A stretch of DNA of 32,000 bases from Delftia acidovorans NBRC 14950. GTDB lineage: Bacteria > Pseudomonadota > Gammaproteobacteria > Burkholderiales > Burkholderiaceae_C. Shown here piece after piece: positions 29,909 to 32,000 of the stretch. Position 1 is the stretch's first letter; each line of letters starts with the position of its first letter. The notes under the pieces are model-generated. The model searched no databases. It was not told where the DNA came from and was given only the letters and a program-made list of their open reading frames with translations. The DNA lies in contig NZ_BCZP01000020.1 of assembly GCF_001598795.1 (NCBI RefSeq), positions 72,879 through 104,878 on the forward strand, written 5' to 3'. The position numbers were made by a program, and so were the translations under genes.

Positions 29909-30694
29909 ATGACCACCCAGCTGCAGAATACTGAACCGTTGCTCGCATTCCGCCTTGCCTATCTGCGGGCCATCGCCCGCTCCTGGCAGGATGACGCCTA
30001 CCGCCGTGATCTGCTGGGGCAGCGCGACATCCAGCCCATGCTGCACCGCGACTTCAGCCTGCCGACCCAGTGGCCCCAGGTCGATGTGTCGCTGCGCCTG
30101 AGCGACGACCCCACCCAGCGAGCCGAATGGAAGCCCGTGCTCACGGCCGGCTGGATCGGTCCTGACGATGAATTCGTCATCGTCCTGCCCCAGGCGCCCC
30201 AGACCCATGCCTCCGAGGCGCTGGCCGCCTACTACCAGCTGTTCCCCAACTTCATGGGCATCAGCACCTCGTTCGAGGAACCGAGCAACGGCACGCTCAG
30301 GGCCGCCCTGCCCACGGGCCTGGGCATCCCCGGCGGCGGCCCGGACTCGCTGCTGGCCTTTGGCGGCGTGGTGCTGCGCGCCATCGCCCTGGCCTGGCAG
30401 TCGCCCGAGTTCCATGCAGAGCTGACGCGTGACGATGGCAAGGACAAGGCCCCCGTGCTGAGCCAATGGCTGGGCTACAACAACCCGTTCAACTTCCAGG
30501 TGCGTTTCGAGACCGAGCAGGCCTTCACCTGGGATGCGGCACGCGGCGAATGGAACCTGCAGCGCGCAGACGGCACGGCCATCAAGAACGGCATCGTGCT
30601 GAACTACCCGGTGGCACCCGCCGAGCAGGACCTGTGGGCCATCGCCCTCACCTCCTACAACAACACCGGTGACGCCTACCCCTTCACCTGCTGA
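29909..30694 (+). CDS. RiPP precursor candidate: two tandem nitrile-hydratase-leader-like (NHLP-related, BMA_0021/BMA_0022-type) domains fused in one 261-aa ORF
   Basis: ATG 29909 lies 10 nt after GAGG and 18 nt after the kinase stop. Half 1 reads EPLLAFRLAYLRAIARSWQDDAYRRDLL...EFVIVLPQAP. Half 2 reads DSLLAFGGVVLRAIALAWQSPEFHAELT...NGIVLNYPVAP. Both resemble the NHLP pattern (..KAWxDxxFKxxLL....LVLPxxP). The C-terminus is ..SYNNTGDAYPFTC. Confidence 0.75.
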   Translation: MTTQLQNTEPLLAFRLAYLRAIARSWQDDAYRRDLLGQRDIQPMLHRDFSLPTQWPQVDVSLRLSDDPTQRAEWKPVLTAGWIGPDDEFVIVLPQAPQTHASEALAAYYQLFPNFMGISTSFEEPSNGTLRAALPTGLGIPGGGPDSLLAFGGVVLRAIALAWQSPEFHAELTRDDGKDKAPVLSQWLGYNNPFNFQVRFETEQAFTWDAARGEWNLQRADGTAIKNGIVLNYPVAPAEQDLWAIALTSYNNTGDAYPFTC

Positions 30695-31535
30695 TACGGC
30701 ACCGGCGCAGCTGCAAGGGGCCACGGCCACCTTGCTGCTGACGCTGGCGGCACGTGCCCGGGCGGCAGGTCCGGCAGCTTCCACGGAACTGCCGGACCTG
30801 CCGCCTTTTTCCGACCCCGAGGCGCGCCGCATTGCCGCCGCCCTGCCCCAGGCCAGCGAGGCCCATGCGGCCGACCCCGCCTTTGTACGCAGCGTGGTGC
30901 TGCGCTCGCAGCTGTTCGACCGGCTCACCACCGAATTTCTGACCACCCATCCGTCCGGCCTGTGCATTGCGCTGGGTGCAGGACTGTGCACGCGGCGCAA
31001 CCGCCTGGCACCCGAGGCCGGCACCGCACGCTGGCTGAACGTGGACCTGCCAGACGCCATCGCCCTGCGCGCGCAATACATTGCAGGCCCTGAAGCCAAC
31101 CTCGCCTGCTCCATCCTCGACACCTCCTGGCTGGACACCGCCGCCCTGCCCGGCAACCAGCCCGTTCTGGTGCTGCTGGAAGGCGTCTGCCCCTATCTTC
31201 CCCAGGCTGCGCTGGAGGCCATGCTGCAGCAGCTGGCCCAGCGCTTTGCCGCGCCCGGCAGCCCGCCGTGCACCGTCGTACTCGACCATGTGCACCCGGC
31301 CCTTGCGCGGCTGCCCATGCAGGTGGGCGGAATGCGCCTGCCCGTCGTCTCCGGCTTTGCGGACGGCGCGCAGATAGAGCGCATCCACCCCGCCATCCGC
31401 ATCAGCCTGCAAGAGCACCTGTATGCCCGCTTCTCGCAGCAGCACCAGCTGTTCGAGACCGCCTTCCACGCCACCACCGGCCAGCACCCCTATGCCGTCG
31501 TCCGCCTTGAACTCGGAGCACAGCCTCTTGCCTGA
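30669..31535 (+). CDS. Class I SAM-dependent O-methyltransferase (LCM / TcmP-like, PF04072-type); start uncertain
   Basis: VVLRSQLFD..CIALGAGLCTRRNRL..WLNVDLPDAIALR..VLVLLEGVCPYLP match the leucine-carboxyl-methyltransferase/TcmP family motifs. The only upstream in-frame starts are GTG 30669 (26-nt overlap with the precursor), CTG 30711 and TTG 30732. None has a strong SD. Confidence 0.75.
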   Translation: MTPTPSPADTAPAQLQGATATLLLTLAARARAAGPAASTELPDLPPFSDPEARRIAAALPQASEAHAADPAFVRSVVLRSQLFDRLTTEFLTTHPSGLCIALGAGLCTRRNRLAPEAGTARWLNVDLPDAIALRAQYIAGPEANLACSILDTSWLDTAALPGNQPVLVLLEGVCPYLPQAALEAMLQQLAQRFAAPGSPPCTVVLDHVHPALARLPMQVGGMRLPVVSGFADGAQIERIHPAIRISLQEHLYARFSQQHQLFETAFHATTGQHPYAVVRLELGAQPLA

Positions 31536-32000
31536 GCCCACGGCCCCGGACCTGTTCGTCCACGCCTTTCGCTGGCACGAGAAATTCCTGCCGCCCGTGC
31601 AGCAGGGCGACCGCCTCTTGCTGGCCAGCGAACGCGACACCCTGGCCCTGGGCTCTGCCGCCGTGCTGGCGCTGAACGCCCCGCTGCAGGCCGGCACCAG
31701 CCTCATGCAGCACTGCGCCGCAGCGCCCGATGCGCCGCTTGCACAGATGCTGCACGCCCTGGGCGCCCTGCTGCGCCAGGGCCTGGTCCAGCCGGTGCTG
31801 CACAGCGACTTGAACGGCCACGGTTATCTGCAACCGGATTTCTCGGCCCCGCCCGTGCGCCTGCAGGCATCGGAGCAGATCGACATCGTCATGCTGACTG
31901 CAGCGCTGGACAGCACAGCTGCCTGCCGCTGGGCTGCGGCCGTTGCCGGGGCCGTGGCCACGCAGGCACCCGCCCCCGCCCCCACCCCCGCCCCCGCCCC
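31492..32000 (+). CDS. N-terminus of a TOMM precursor leader-peptide-binding / cyclodehydratase-type protein (3'-truncated by the window edge)
   Basis: This frame is not in the supplied track because it has no stop. It is open from 31378 to 32000. ATG 31492 overlaps the methyltransferase 3' end by 44 nt; TTG 31528 with GGAG 9 nt upstream is the alternative. The translation is ..DLFVHAFRWHEKFLPPVQQGDRLLLASERDTLALGSAAVLALNAPLQAG..IDIVMLTAALDS.., ending in a QAPAPAPTPAPAP linker. It resembles the RRE-like N-terminus of TIGR03882-type proteins (from memory). Confidence 0.55.
   Translation, partial: MPSSALNSEHSLLPEPTAPDLFVHAFRWHEKFLPPVQQGDRLLLASERDTLALGSAAVLALNAPLQAGTSLMQHCAAAPDAPLAQMLHALGALLRQGLVQPVLHSDLNGHGYLQPDFSAPPVRLQASEQIDIVMLTAALDSTAACRWAAAVAGAVATQAPAPAPTPAPA

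Overview
High-GC, densely coding chromosomal window. It looks betaproteobacterial and Comamonadaceae-like, based on two Bug/TctC-type binding proteins, an IclR-type pobR next to pobA, and the TOMM kinase/cyclase family (inference only). I saw no rRNA, tRNA, IS element or CRISPR array. All calls come from reading the supplied translations and the DNA by eye; no searches were run. The window has three blocks. (1) 1-13.9 kb: the 3' end of a large-subunit catalase gene (katE), then a self-contained sigma-54 module. The module holds a response-regulator-type enhancer-binding protein, a sensor kinase whose ATP-binding boxes look degenerate, and an rpoN gene outside the usual lptB-rpoN-hpf context. 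At least three well-spaced GG-N10-GC promoters sit in front of small stress-type or polyproline genes, and a 1290-aa double-core hybrid histidine kinase follows. (2) 13.9-24.7 kb: ordinary catabolic and accessory genes. These are an M20 amidohydrolase, two Bug binding proteins, pobA/pobR, a LysR regulator, a DSD1-type PLP enzyme, a GFA protein and a 2OG-Fe dioxygenase. A bacteriohemerythrin and a universal stress protein also lie here, each preceded by FNR/Anr-like TTGAT-N4-ATCAA boxes. (3) 24.7-32.0 kb: a DUF protein plus a small CX5R phosphatase, followed by an uncharacterised RiPP (TOMM-type) cluster that runs off the window. Its genes are a 1362-aa Ser/Thr kinase / cyclase-homology / STAND-NTPase fusion, a 261-aa precursor made of two tandem nitrile-hydratase-leader-like domains with a single, C-terminal Cys, an LCM/TcmP-type carboxyl O-methyltransferase, and the N-terminus of a leader-binding/cyclodehydratase protein. 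The RiPP cluster and the sigma-54 module are the two most interesting systems.
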